Shown: piece by piece, positions 16,765 through 26,379 of the stretch
Numbering within the stretch: position 1 is the stretch's first letter
How the letters are laid out: each line of letters starts with the position of its first letter
Assembly: GCA_963827685.1 (NCBI GenBank)
Contig: CAWHBU010000003.1
Coordinates: 1-64,000 of the forward strand
Origin: an uncultured delta proteobacterium
GTDB taxonomy: Bacteria; Desulfobacterota; BSN033; UBA1163
DNA length: 64,000 bases
Direction of reading: 5' to 3'
Position numbers and translations under genes: made by a program
Notes under the pieces: generated by a model
Database searches by the model: none
What the model was told of the DNA's origin: nothing
What the model saw: the letters and a program-made list of their open reading frames with translations, nothing else

Positions 16765-18780
16765 TTAAGATTGCTTCATTGCTGCTTCAACCAGTTCAAC
16801 AAGGTCTCTTGCCTTCAACGAGTCCTTCATCTGTTTATGTTCGATGCTCTCCTCGAACATCTGTAGACAATAAGGGCAGGCAGTCACTACGGTCTCAGCC
16901 CCGGTCTTGAGAACGTCTTCAATACGCATTTGATTAATCTTTGTTGTACCGGGTTGTTCTTCTATCCACATGTGTCCGCCGCCGCCGCCGCAGCAAAAGC
17001 TCGTGTTTCGCGAGCGTCCCATTTCCTCAAGCTTTGTCTTGGGGATAGCTTGCAATATCCGGCGCGGCTCCAGATATACTCCATTATAACGGCCTAAATA
17101 GCAAGGGTCGTGATAGGTGAGTATAGAATCCAGCTTATTGGTAAGTTTCAATTTGCCCTGCCTGACTAAATCAGCAATCAGCTGGGTATAGTGAACTACC
17201 TTGAAATCGCCGCCGTATCGAGGGTACTCATTCTTAATGGTATGATAGCAATGGGGACAGGAGGTGATAATTTCTTTAATGTGGTGGCTTTTGAAAATTT
17301 CAATATTTTGCTCCGCCATGACCTGGAACTGGAACTCATAGCCTGCTCTTCGTGCCGGGTCACCACAGCAAGTCTCGACTTCGCCTAATACCGCGAAATC
17401 GACTCCCGCAGCCTTCAGCACCCTCGTCATGGAAAGAGTCGCTTCGACATTACGCTCAACCAGAGCCCCGGTGCAACCTACCCAGAATAGGGTATTCGCG
17501 TTACCCCCTTCAGCCAATAGCTTCAGTTCCAGACCATTTGTCCAGTCGCCCCTCAACCTCAGCGACTGGACTCCAGCCCATGGGTGTCCTCTGGACTGCA
17601 TATTTCTGAGCATCAGCTGGGCAGTTTCCGGCATCTTACTTTGCGCCAGCACCAGGTTGCGTCTGAGGTCAATGATCTTAACAATGTGTTCCACATAGAC
17701 GGGACATGTCTCCTGGCAGGCAGCGCACGTGGTGCATGCCCAGATTTCGGCTTCACTTGGCGCTTCACCAGCCAAGGTCGGAGCGCTGTCGGATTGATTC
17801 GCCTGGTTGTTCGCTGCTTTGAGCATGTGGACTTTGAGGTCCTGCACGACTTTCCTGGGCGAAAGGGGTTTGCCTGTCGCCCACGCCGGGCAGGCATCCT
17901 GACAGCGACCGCAGTTGGTGCATGCGTCCAAGTCAAGAAGCTGCTTCCAGGTGAAATCCTTGATGGCTCCCACCCCAAGAGTCTCGGCATTTTCAATATC
18001 GATAGGGGCAGGAGATCCTACGGGTCCCAGGGAGCGGAAAAAGACATTCAACGGGGATACGACGATATGCTGTAATTTGGAAAAGACCAGAGCGGAATAA
18101 ATGATGGCACCGAGGACGAGCACCGAATGGAACCACCATAAAGACCAGTGCCAGAACAAAAGCGAGTTCTGGCTCATGCCGGCAAAGGCTTTGGCCAAGA
18201 CAAATCCGCCCACGGACCATACTGCCCAGTCAGGGTGAAGGGTTAGTTCGGTAGCTGCCTGCCGTAGCCCTTCAACCATGAAACCGGTAATCAGCATCCC
18301 TGCAATCAACGCCATGCCGATGCCATCGTCGAGTATGGTATTCAGCCTCTTGGGTTTCGAGACGTAACGGCGGTAGGCAGCCATGAGTATCCCAATAAGA
18401 ATCAGGAGGCCGCCAATATTAACGATGAGTTTGAACCACAGGTAGGGAGTACCGCTTATATGACCAAGGATGTAATGGGTGACAGCATCAACAGCCGAAG
18501 CCAAAAGGAGTATGACAAAACCCCAGAAGATAATCAGGTGCATCATCCCTGGGTAGGGATCGCGAAGAAAGCGCCGGTGGGCTAAAACATCCACAACGGT
18601 GGTGCGGATGAAAACCCGTATTCTTTTGCCTATGTTCTTAGAGCAGCCATCTGGCTTGCCCAGGTGCCATAGCTTATAGCGCCCGTAGATATTGAACACC
18701 CAGAAAGCTAAAGCGATAGCTGCCAATAGGTAAATCACGTAACCGTACGGTATATTCCAGAATACTTCCCGGGATGGCAA
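16765..18780 (-). CDS. Membrane-bound FeS oxidoreductase (NarI-like TM domain, 2x4Fe-4S and CCG domains; ETF:menaquinone oxidoreductase-like)
   Basis: TM helices carrying His residues, CTNCGRCQDACP, CTTCAACQETCP, two CCG domains; adjacent to etfBA. Confidence 0.85.
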   Translation of the reverse strand: MPSREVFWNIPYGYVIYLLAAIALAFWVFNIYGRYKLWHLGKPDGCSKNIGKRIRVFIRTTVVDVLAHRRFLRDPYPGMMHLIIFWGFVILLLASAVDAVTHYILGHISGTPYLWFKLIVNIGGLLILIGILMAAYRRYVSKPKRLNTILDDGIGMALIAGMLITGFMVEGLRQAATELTLHPDWAVWSVGGFVLAKAFAGMSQNSLLFWHWSLWWFHSVLVLGAIIYSALVFSKLQHIVVSPLNVFFRSLGPVGSPAPIDIENAETLGVGAIKDFTWKQLLDLDACTNCGRCQDACPAWATGKPLSPRKVVQDLKVHMLKAANNQANQSDSAPTLAGEAPSEAEIWACTTCAACQETCPVYVEHIVKIIDLRRNLVLAQSKMPETAQLMLRNMQSRGHPWAGVQSLRLRGDWTNGLELKLLAEGGNANTLFWVGCTGALVERNVEATLSMTRVLKAAGVDFAVLGEVETCCGDPARRAGYEFQFQVMAEQNIEIFKSHHIKEIITSCPHCYHTIKNEYPRYGGDFKVVHYTQLIADLVRQGKLKLTNKLDSILTYHDPCYLGRYNGVYLEPRRILQAIPKTKLEEMGRSRNTSFCCGGGGGHMWIEEQPGTTKINQMRIEDVLKTGAETVVTACPYCLQMFEESIEHKQMKDSLKARDLVELVEAAMKQS

Positions 18781-18820
18781 AAGCGATCCTCCCCTTTGCT
18801 TCAGACCAACTTGAGATCGT

Positions 18821-18890
18821 TTACAACGACCCGCATAAGCAGCTGGAAAAGCGCCAGCTTTTGCCGTCCGCCTTTATGCGGATGTTATGC
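18821..18890 (-). other. attC-like integron recombination site
   Basis: Minus strand GCATAAC-atccgcataaaggcggacggcaaaagc-tggc-gcttttccagctgcttatgcgggtc-GTTGTAA: a 70-bp imperfect palindrome with AAC/GTT cores, 40 bp after the DUF3795 stop. Confidence 0.6.
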
Positions 18891-18929
18891 TGTTATAGAT
18901 GAAATAGCTCTTGCCTTGCCAATAAAAAA

Positions 18930-19421
18930 CTAGTCCAGATCCAAATTCGCTTTACACTGATTACATCTAACAGCACCCCGGAAAACTTTATTCCCGCATT
19001 CAGGACAAATATAGCGGGCTTCTTCATCTTGAATCCATTTTTCAGTACCAACCTCTCGCCAATACCGAATAGCCCGCAGGATAACCTTTTTGCCTACAGC
19101 CATGGGAAAATTTTCAATATACTGACAAGGGAATTCATCGCATTGATGACATCCGGTGTAACCTTTCTCTCTTGTGCACTTCCTGATCTCACACTGTCGG
19201 CAGTGCATAAACTGTTCATCAGATAAGCAGCCGCGGCATTTAATATCTTCTATCGAAAGGTTTTCAGTATTAGGAAGGATACCTTTGCCGGGAACTTCTC
19301 CCTTGTAAAGATTCACTAACCGCTCCTTGAGCTTTTGATTATTATCACGGTGCGCGATATAAATGGCACAGACTCCGCAATAAAGACCACAAGGAGAAAT
19401 AAGATCGGGATTTATCTTCAT
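18930..19421 (-). CDS. DUF3795-family Cys-rich protein
   Basis: PCGLYCGVC, C.GC, C..C.IR.C, C..C.EFPC and a C-terminal CPECG...C..C zinc ribbon. Confidence 0.85.
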   Translation of the reverse strand: MKINPDLISPCGLYCGVCAIYIAHRDNNQKLKERLVNLYKGEVPGKGILPNTENLSIEDIKCRGCLSDEQFMHCRQCEIRKCTREKGYTGCHQCDEFPCQYIENFPMAVGKKVILRAIRYWREVGTEKWIQDEEARYICPECGNKVFRGAVRCNQCKANLDLD

Positions 19422-19480
19422 AATTCTAATCCTTCTGGGTTGATCATTTTCCTATTATATTACAAATGCATAATAACCCC

Positions 19481-20341
19481 TCACTCCTTATCCCTCTCTG
19501 CTTTTTCTTTACTCTTTCTGACAATCGTTCTCTTCTCTACAGGAATAGGAGGCGGAACAGGCGCACCAGCAATCTGCGTCACTGCACGAAATTTAGGGGG
19601 ACAAACTTCAAAACATGTTCCGCATTTTATGCATTTCTCTTGGTCAATGACGTGGATCTGGTTCTTGGCACTGATAATCGCCTCTACGGGGCATCTCTTA
19701 GCGCAAGTCATACAGGCCTGGCACTTTTCCGGGTCGATATAGTACGAGATGACTTCGCTGAATAACTTGTCTATTTCGTCTTTGGTGAAAAGTTTGTCAT
19801 ATTCTTCAGGGTTCACAAGACGTGACGCCAGCTTTTCATTTTTCACCAGCTTGATGTAGGGGACCAGCTTTCTAATTTCTGCAAGTTTGGACTTTAATTC
19901 ATTTTGGTCAATTCCTTCACCTTTGCCTTTGCCGAGTGGTCCTAACTCCTTCACCTTGTTGCCAAACTCACCCATCACTTCGGCAAACAGGTTTCCTTCA
20001 GCGGAAGACATAAATTCTATCCGCAACCTTTCCGGGTTCAGCCCGATGTGTTCCATTATTTTTCTACAGAGAAGCGCCATGTTGAGCGCATGGTAATTTC
20101 CATGAGTAATATAATTACATTCATTTAAACGGCAACCACCGATAAACACCCCATCCATTCCATTTGAGAAAGCCCGGAGTACGAATTCCAGGTCGACTCT
20201 ACCGGAACACATGACGCGTATCAGCCTCGTTTCAGTGGTATATTGTAGTCTGGAAACTCCAGCCATGTCACCAGCGCCGTATGCTCACCAATGGCATACA
20301 AAACCTAATATTCTTGGTTTAAACTTAAGTCCTGTACTCGT
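19481..20341 (-). CDS. bamF: BamF: MvhD-like selenoprotein fused to a ferredoxin domain
   Basis: Frame extends upstream through an in-frame TGA (20285-20287) as KPRILGFVCHW-U-AYGAGDMAG; RVMCSGRVD and two CxxCxxCxxxCP motifs; the only plausible start is ACG at 20341, behind AAGGAGG. Confidence 0.85.
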
Positions 20342-20548
20342 GCTTTCTCACCTCCTTTGTTGGTAACTCCTGCATTGTTCATTAGTAGACTTCTCTGCAA
20401 TTCAGACTAAAGACTTCAGACCCGAGACTTTTCTGTACATGAAATTACCCCTTGAGGTGTTTTCAAACCTTCTTGGACCTTCCGGCCCTCCCACTCTTAG
20501 TCTGAGGTCTGGCGTCTATAGTCTCACTGTCTGAATCACAGTAGACTT

Positions 20549-23500
20549 CTACTCGTCCTCCGCCGCTGCATCAATTTGGGCTAACAGCTCTTCATCGTTA
20601 AAGTGCTTTAGTTGAATAGCCCCTGTGGGACACTTTGCGTTACAGAGACCATCTCCTTTACAGAGAACAGGGTTGACGACAGCCTTTTTGCCCTGTTTTG
20701 TCTCACGAAACTCTATGGCACTGTACGTACAGACTGAGATGCATTGCCCACACCCCATACACTTTTTCTCATCCACCTCGCAAACAGAGCCGGAGGCGAT
20801 GACGGTATCATGTGAGAGAAGCGTCAAGACCCGGCCTGCGGCTCCATAAGCCTGCTCAATCGCTTCCGATATGAGCTTGGGGTAGTGAGCCATTCCACAA
20901 AGATAAACGCCATCCGCGGCAAACTCAACAGGTCTTAATTTGACATGGGCTTCCTGGAAGAAACTATCTGGGCCCAACGTTACCTTGAATAATTGGGATA
21001 CTTGCTTGCTTCCTGCGGAGGGAATAACGGCAGCAGCCAAAGCAACGATATCGGCATCTATTTCAAGCTTGTTCCCTAAAATATAATCTGGCGCGGTAAC
21101 CTTTAGAACGGGCCGACCCTCCTCCGACTCACCAGGTTCCACCTGAGGTTTATCTTGCGGTTCATAGCGGATAAACTTTACATCTTTATTTGCCGCCTCC
21201 CTGTAATAATCCTCACTATACCCATAAGTTCTCACATCCCGAAAGAGAATGTAGATATCCATCTTGGGGTTTATCTCTTTTAGTTTCAATGCGTTCTTGA
21301 TCGACTCGCTACAACATATCCTGCTGCAGTAATTTCTGTCTTCATTTCTGCAGCCTACGCATTGGATCATCACGAGGCTTTCTGCGTTCATTACCTTTTC
21401 GTTTCCTTTGGCGATTTGCTCCTCCAACTCAAGGTGGGTCATCACCCTGTCATCTTCTCCATAAAGGTATTCGGCAGGTTTATAGACATCAGTCCCTACA
21501 GCGATGACGGTTGCACCATGTTTTATCTCTGTGACCCCTCTGTCTGACTTCACCTTGGTTACGAAATTCCCAACATAACCGGTAGCCTCCGTGATCGTTG
21601 CATCCGTATAGACATGTATTAGGGGGTGTTGATATACCTTTCTTTTAAGATCACGCAAATAGGCCTGAACATCCAGTCCTCCCAGGGTGTAATGGAGTTT
21701 TCGTGCCATTCCGCCAAGGTCTGTATCTTTTTCCACCAGGTGAACCTCATGTCCCTGGTTCGCTATGGAGAGAGCACAGGTCATGCCGGCGATGCCTCCA
21801 CCCACCACTAACGCCGCCTTGTTGACAGGCAGATCAATTTCCTGTAATGGCGCCAAATGGCAAGCGCGTGCTACCGACATCCGGATGATATCCTTTGCCT
21901 TTTCGGTGGCCTCTTCCTTTTCTTTAGAGTGGACCCAGGAGCAATGTTCTCTAATATTGGCCATTTCGTAGTAATATTGATTAAGTCCCGCCTCCCGAAC
22001 CGTGTCCCGGAATAACGGCTCAAGGGTCCTGGGGGAGCAGGCTGCGACAATGACACGATTGAGCCCTTTTTCCTTTGTCATGTCTGTTATTTCTTTGGCA
22101 CAATTTGTAGCACATGAAAATAGCTGTTCCTGAGCGTAGACAACATTGGGTAAGGTTTTGCAATATTCGACTGTGTCAGGAACATTGACTACCCTTCCGA
22201 TATTCGCCCCACAATGACATACAAAGACTCCTATCCTGGGCTCCTCTTTGGAGACATCCCTTTCCGGCGGATAGATCCTTTCTTTGGCCAGCTTCCCTCG
22301 CCTGTAGTCAAGGAGTTCACCACATTGGGAACCAGCTCCGCTGGCGGTAAAAACCGACTCGGGAATATCCAAAGGACCCTGGAAGGCTCCGCTTACAAAG
22401 ATCCCAGGTCTGGTGGTCTCCATCGGATTGACAGGATTGACCTTACAAAAATCGTGAGGATTGAGTTCAATGCCGAATTTTTTTGCCAGGCCCTTCACAT
22501 CAGCAGGAGGGTTCAATCCAACGGATAATACCACCATATCGAATTCTTCCTCTTTTACTCCATCGTCGGGTGTAGAATACCGTATGGTGACATTCTTGGT
22601 TTCCGGGTTCTCTTTTCCTATTGATACATAGCTTCTTATAAATCGAATCCCGGGAAGTCTCTCTGTTCTTTGGAAGAATCGCTCAAAATCCTTGCCATAG
22701 GAACGAATATCGTTATGGAATATCGTACACTCTGCCTCTGCGTCATGCTCTTTTGTCAAAATGACCTGTTTCTGGGTATACGTGCAGCATACGGCTGAAC
22801 AATAGCTTTTTCCACTCGGGGGGTTAACCTGTCTGGAACCGACGCATTGGATCCAGGCTACTTTATGGGGATGCTTTTTGTCGGAAGCACGCAGTATCTC
22901 ACCTTCGTATGGCCCTGTGGCACACATCAGCCGTTCATAGTCCATGCTGGTGACCACGTTCTGCATCCTTCCGTAGCCATATCCATTCCCTACCTTAGGA
23001 TCAAATGCCTCAAGGCCGGGAGACAGAATGATCGCCGCTACTTTTACCTCTACCTTCTCCGCCGTCCGATTGAAATCGATGGCCTGATTCTTACAGACTC
23101 CTTCGCAAATCCGACATTTCTTCTCTTTAAGGTAAAGACAGCTTTCATCTATATAAGTGATCAGGGGAATGGCTTGAGCGAAATAGATATGGACGGCTTT
23201 ATTCTTCGATATCTCCTGATTAAATTGATCAGGGTATTTGACCGGGCAGTATTCTACACAGGTCGTACAACCCGTGCATTTGTCCTCTAAAATATATCTG
23301 GGCTTTTTGATCAGGGTTACCTTGAAGTCCCCTGCTTCTCCTTCTACACTGTCAACTTCAGTATAGGTTAGGACCTCTATATTTGGATGCCGGCCGACCT
23401 CGACCAGTTTGGGCGCAAGTATTCAGATGGAGCAGTCATTGGTGGGAAAGGTCTTGTCAAGCTGGGCCATATGGCCGCCAATGGCAGGTGCCTTGTCGAC

Positions 23501-23671
23501 CAGGTAAACCTTAAAACCCGCCGTGGCAAGATCAAGAGAGGCTTGAACACCGCTGATCCCTCCACCGACAACCATCACATCACCAAAATTACTGCCTGCG
23601 AAACTTTTGCGAATACTGTCTGCGAGACTTTTACGAATCTGGTCTTCAATTTTTTCTAGTTCTTTTTCCAC
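20549..23671 (-). CDS. bamE: BamE: HdrA-like flavin/FeS selenoprotein (about 1040 aa)
   Basis: ORFs 23423-23671 and 20549-22966 are in one open frame joined through TGA 23423-23425 (KTFPTNDCSI-U-ILAPK); two GGG.SG/AG FAD motifs. Confidence 0.9.
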
Positions 23672-23675
23672 TTCT

Positions 23676-24533
23676 CTATGTCCTTATCAGGTTTGATGTG
23701 CCAGGACTGTCCGGGTTCGGCCGGGTTAGCTGTCCTTCATATGTTGAGCGGCCAAGTCGCTCCGGGTGGGAATACACCGACAGGCGGCTGCCACGCGCAT
23801 AGCCAACCAGGGCAATGCCCAGATCACGAGCAAGCGAAACGGCGCTCCCCGTCGGCGAGTGCCGCGTAACAACAATCGGGGCCTGCATCTTTGCTGCCTT
23901 GAGCAACATCTCGGACGAAACGCGACCGGTGGTCAGTACCAGTCGATCTCTGGTTGATAGTCCCCTCAATAGACATTCGCCCTGGATCTTGTCCAAGGTG
24001 TTATGTCGTCCGATATCCTCAGCCACTACGAGCAGGTTCTTGGTATCGGACAGAGCTGAGGTGTGCACGCCACCACTAAGCCGATACAGCTCCATCTGCT
24101 CTCGAAGCTGCTTCATCAGTGATAGCACTTCCGTTGGTGTAGCAACAAGATCCGAATCAACCCTCTGTCCCTGAGTTTTGAAAGTTGCACCGCCACCGCA
24201 CCCAGAAGTGAGTGTCCGCTTTGTTGGCAATTCATACTCGGGGTTGCTCAGCCTCACATCGACTTCGAATTCCTCGTCACACACCCGCATCATCGTCACG
24301 TCGCCGATGCCTGAGATGATTCCCTCTGAGTACAGGAATCCGAGGACAAGGCAATTCCGCTTGGTTGGAGTGCACAGGATGGTGACCAGTTCCTGGCGAT
24401 TTACATAGATGGTGAGCGCTATCTCGCTCGGCACGTGAACTGAGGTCCTGACCCATCCCTTTTCCGAAAAGCGATCGCAGGCTATGTCCGCTGTCACACC
24501 TTTCATTTCCGATACGCCAATCGCTTCTTGCAT
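23676..24533 (-). CDS. fdhD: FdhD-family sulfurtransferase
   Basis: E..LTIYVN, TP......LGFLYSEG, TSGCG, SGGVH, EDIGRHNTLDK, TGRVSSEM. Confidence 0.9.
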   Translation of the reverse strand: MQEAIGVSEMKGVTADIACDRFSEKGWVRTSVHVPSEIALTIYVNRQELVTILCTPTKRNCLVLGFLYSEGIISGIGDVTMMRVCDEEFEVDVRLSNPEYELPTKRTLTSGCGGGATFKTQGQRVDSDLVATPTEVLSLMKQLREQMELYRLSGGVHTSALSDTKNLLVVAEDIGRHNTLDKIQGECLLRGLSTRDRLVLTTGRVSSEMLLKAAKMQAPIVVTRHSPTGSAVSLARDLGIALVGYARGSRLSVYSHPERLGRSTYEGQLTRPNPDSPGTSNLIRT

Positions 24534-24550
24534 GTTTGTTTCTTTGTCCT

Positions 24551-25708
24551 CTAAATCACTTCCTGGAGAATCTCCGTGATGTCCTTGATCTGTAAGGCCT
24601 CACTATCCTTCAGGGTTAACCTGCTATCTTCGAATTGGGTGATGCAATACGGGCAGGAAGTTGCCAGCACCTCAGCTCCAACCCCGATCGCTTGTTCCAG
24701 TCTGAGGTCGGAGAATCTTTCACCTTTTGCGGTTTCCATCCAAATCCTGCCTCCCCCCATTCCGCAACAGAGACTATCTTCCCGCACATCAGCCATCTCA
24801 TTCAGTTTCAAACCGGGTATCCTCTTCAAGACCTCTCGAGGTTCGTCATAGATGCCATTATGCCGACCCAGGTAACATGGGTCATGATAAGTAACTTTCT
24901 TCCTATACTCCTTCGTGAGTTTAAGTCTTCCCTCGTTAATAAGCTGGAATAGATATTGGGAGATATGGACCACCTCGAAGTTCACCTTAAATTCGGGATA
25001 CTCGTTCTTGAAGGTGTGGTAGCAATGAGGGGAAGAAACAAGGATCTTCTTCACCCCATTTTCGATAAAAGTCTTGATGTTTTCCCTGGCTAAGCGTTTG
25101 AACAATGTCTCGTTGCCCGCCTTGCGTATACTCTCACCACAGCAATTCTCCTTGGGACCCAGTATCCCAAAATCTACCCCTGCCCTGTTAAGGATATTGG
25201 CTGTGGCAGCAGCTACCTTCTTTAATCTTGGGTCATAGCTGGGATAGCAGCAGGGGAAATAGAGTAGCTCAGTGTCCTCGCCGAACTCCTTTACCCCCAG
25301 ATCTTTAGCCCAATTTGCCCGGTCCTTCGGTTCCTGTCCCCAGGGATTACCTACACTGGCAAAGCTTGTCATGACACTCCGAAGACTGGGGATACTGGCA
25401 GGAACGACACCGTCCGGCACCAACATCCTGCGCATCGCTCTCATAACGTCGATTATTTCTACGCCTCTGGGGCACCGCTGAGGGCATCTACCGCAGGTGG
25501 CACATAGCCATATGTCTTCGGATTCGAAAGGAACCACGCCGAATTTTGCCTGATTGATAATTCTGCGAAGAAAAAATTTTCTTACACGATTCCACGGACA
25601 AACAGTCTCACATTTTCCGCATTGATAGCACAATTTATCGGCGTCTCCACCTGCCTCTTTGATGCCATCGATCACCACTTTGAAGGGGGCTAGGGGTATA
25701 GTCTCCAC
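24551..25708 (-). CDS. bamD: BamD: HdrC/HdrD-like FeS protein
   Basis: CYQCGKCETVCP, CATCGRCPQRCPRGV, CCG domains; position after bamC. Confidence 0.85.
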   Translation of the reverse strand: METIPLAPFKVVIDGIKEAGGDADKLCYQCGKCETVCPWNRVRKFFLRRIINQAKFGVVPFESEDIWLCATCGRCPQRCPRGVEIIDVMRAMRRMLVPDGVVPASIPSLRSVMTSFASVGNPWGQEPKDRANWAKDLGVKEFGEDTELLYFPCCYPSYDPRLKKVAAATANILNRAGVDFGILGPKENCCGESIRKAGNETLFKRLARENIKTFIENGVKKILVSSPHCYHTFKNEYPEFKVNFEVVHISQYLFQLINEGRLKLTKEYRKKVTYHDPCYLGRHNGIYDEPREVLKRIPGLKLNEMADVREDSLCCGMGGGRIWMETAKGERFSDLRLEQAIGVGAEVLATSCPYCITQFEDSRLTLKDSEALQIKDITEILQEVI

Positions 25709-25839
25709 TTTTTTTAATCCTCTTCTTTCGAATATCTGATTACACAGATTAAAAGGCATTGAAAGTAAGGAAAACTCTGTGAAATCTTATTTTGAAATCT
25801 GCGTAATCAGAGAGCGAAAATAAGTTTTTCAGAGCTCTC

Positions 25840-26379
25840 TTATTCCTTCTTTGCCATTCGGGCAACGGTATCCATTACCTTCTGCAATCCATATTTGTCT
25901 ACCATTGATTCCAACCCTATCTCCACGTCCTCCATCTTCACTTCTTCTTCGACTTCCTCTTCCCTTTCTTCGTAAGTCAGGGCATCATTTAAGCACCACT
26001 GAACACACAAGGGCTTTTCTTGTGGCGGATCGTCTTCACACATATCGCATTTGAGAGGGAGACTGGAATCGGGTTCTTTGAAAACGTCCCTGGATGGGCA
26101 GGAAGCCCTGCAGAAGTCGCACTCGTCGTATTCCTTTCCGTCAATCACATATTTGTCTCTGCCAGCACATTCGGCTTTCGCGTAATCACCCGCGTAAACG
26201 GGAAGATATACGTCTCTTATTGGTTCACGAATCAGCCGAATACGAGACCTCGCCGGATTATTGCTGCTATATTTTGGTTTGGCGTGAAATGCTGAGCAGG
26301 CTACCTCACATGCCCGGCAACCATTGCATTTATCAAGATCGATCTTGATTGACTTGATTTTTTTCTTAATCTTGGCCAT
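25840..26379 (-). CDS. bamC: BamC: FeS subunit of class II benzoyl-CoA reductase
   Basis: DKCNGCRACEVACSAFHA.PKYSS.NPARSRI, CDFCRASCPSRD, PLCVQWC; overlaps bamB. Confidence 0.9.
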   Translation of the reverse strand: MAKIKKKIKSIKIDLDKCNGCRACEVACSAFHAKPKYSSNNPARSRIRLIREPIRDVYLPVYAGDYAKAECAGRDKYVIDGKEYDECDFCRASCPSRDVFKEPDSSLPLKCDMCEDDPPQEKPLCVQWCLNDALTYEEREEEVEEEVKMEDVEIGLESMVDKYGLQKVMDTVARMAKKE

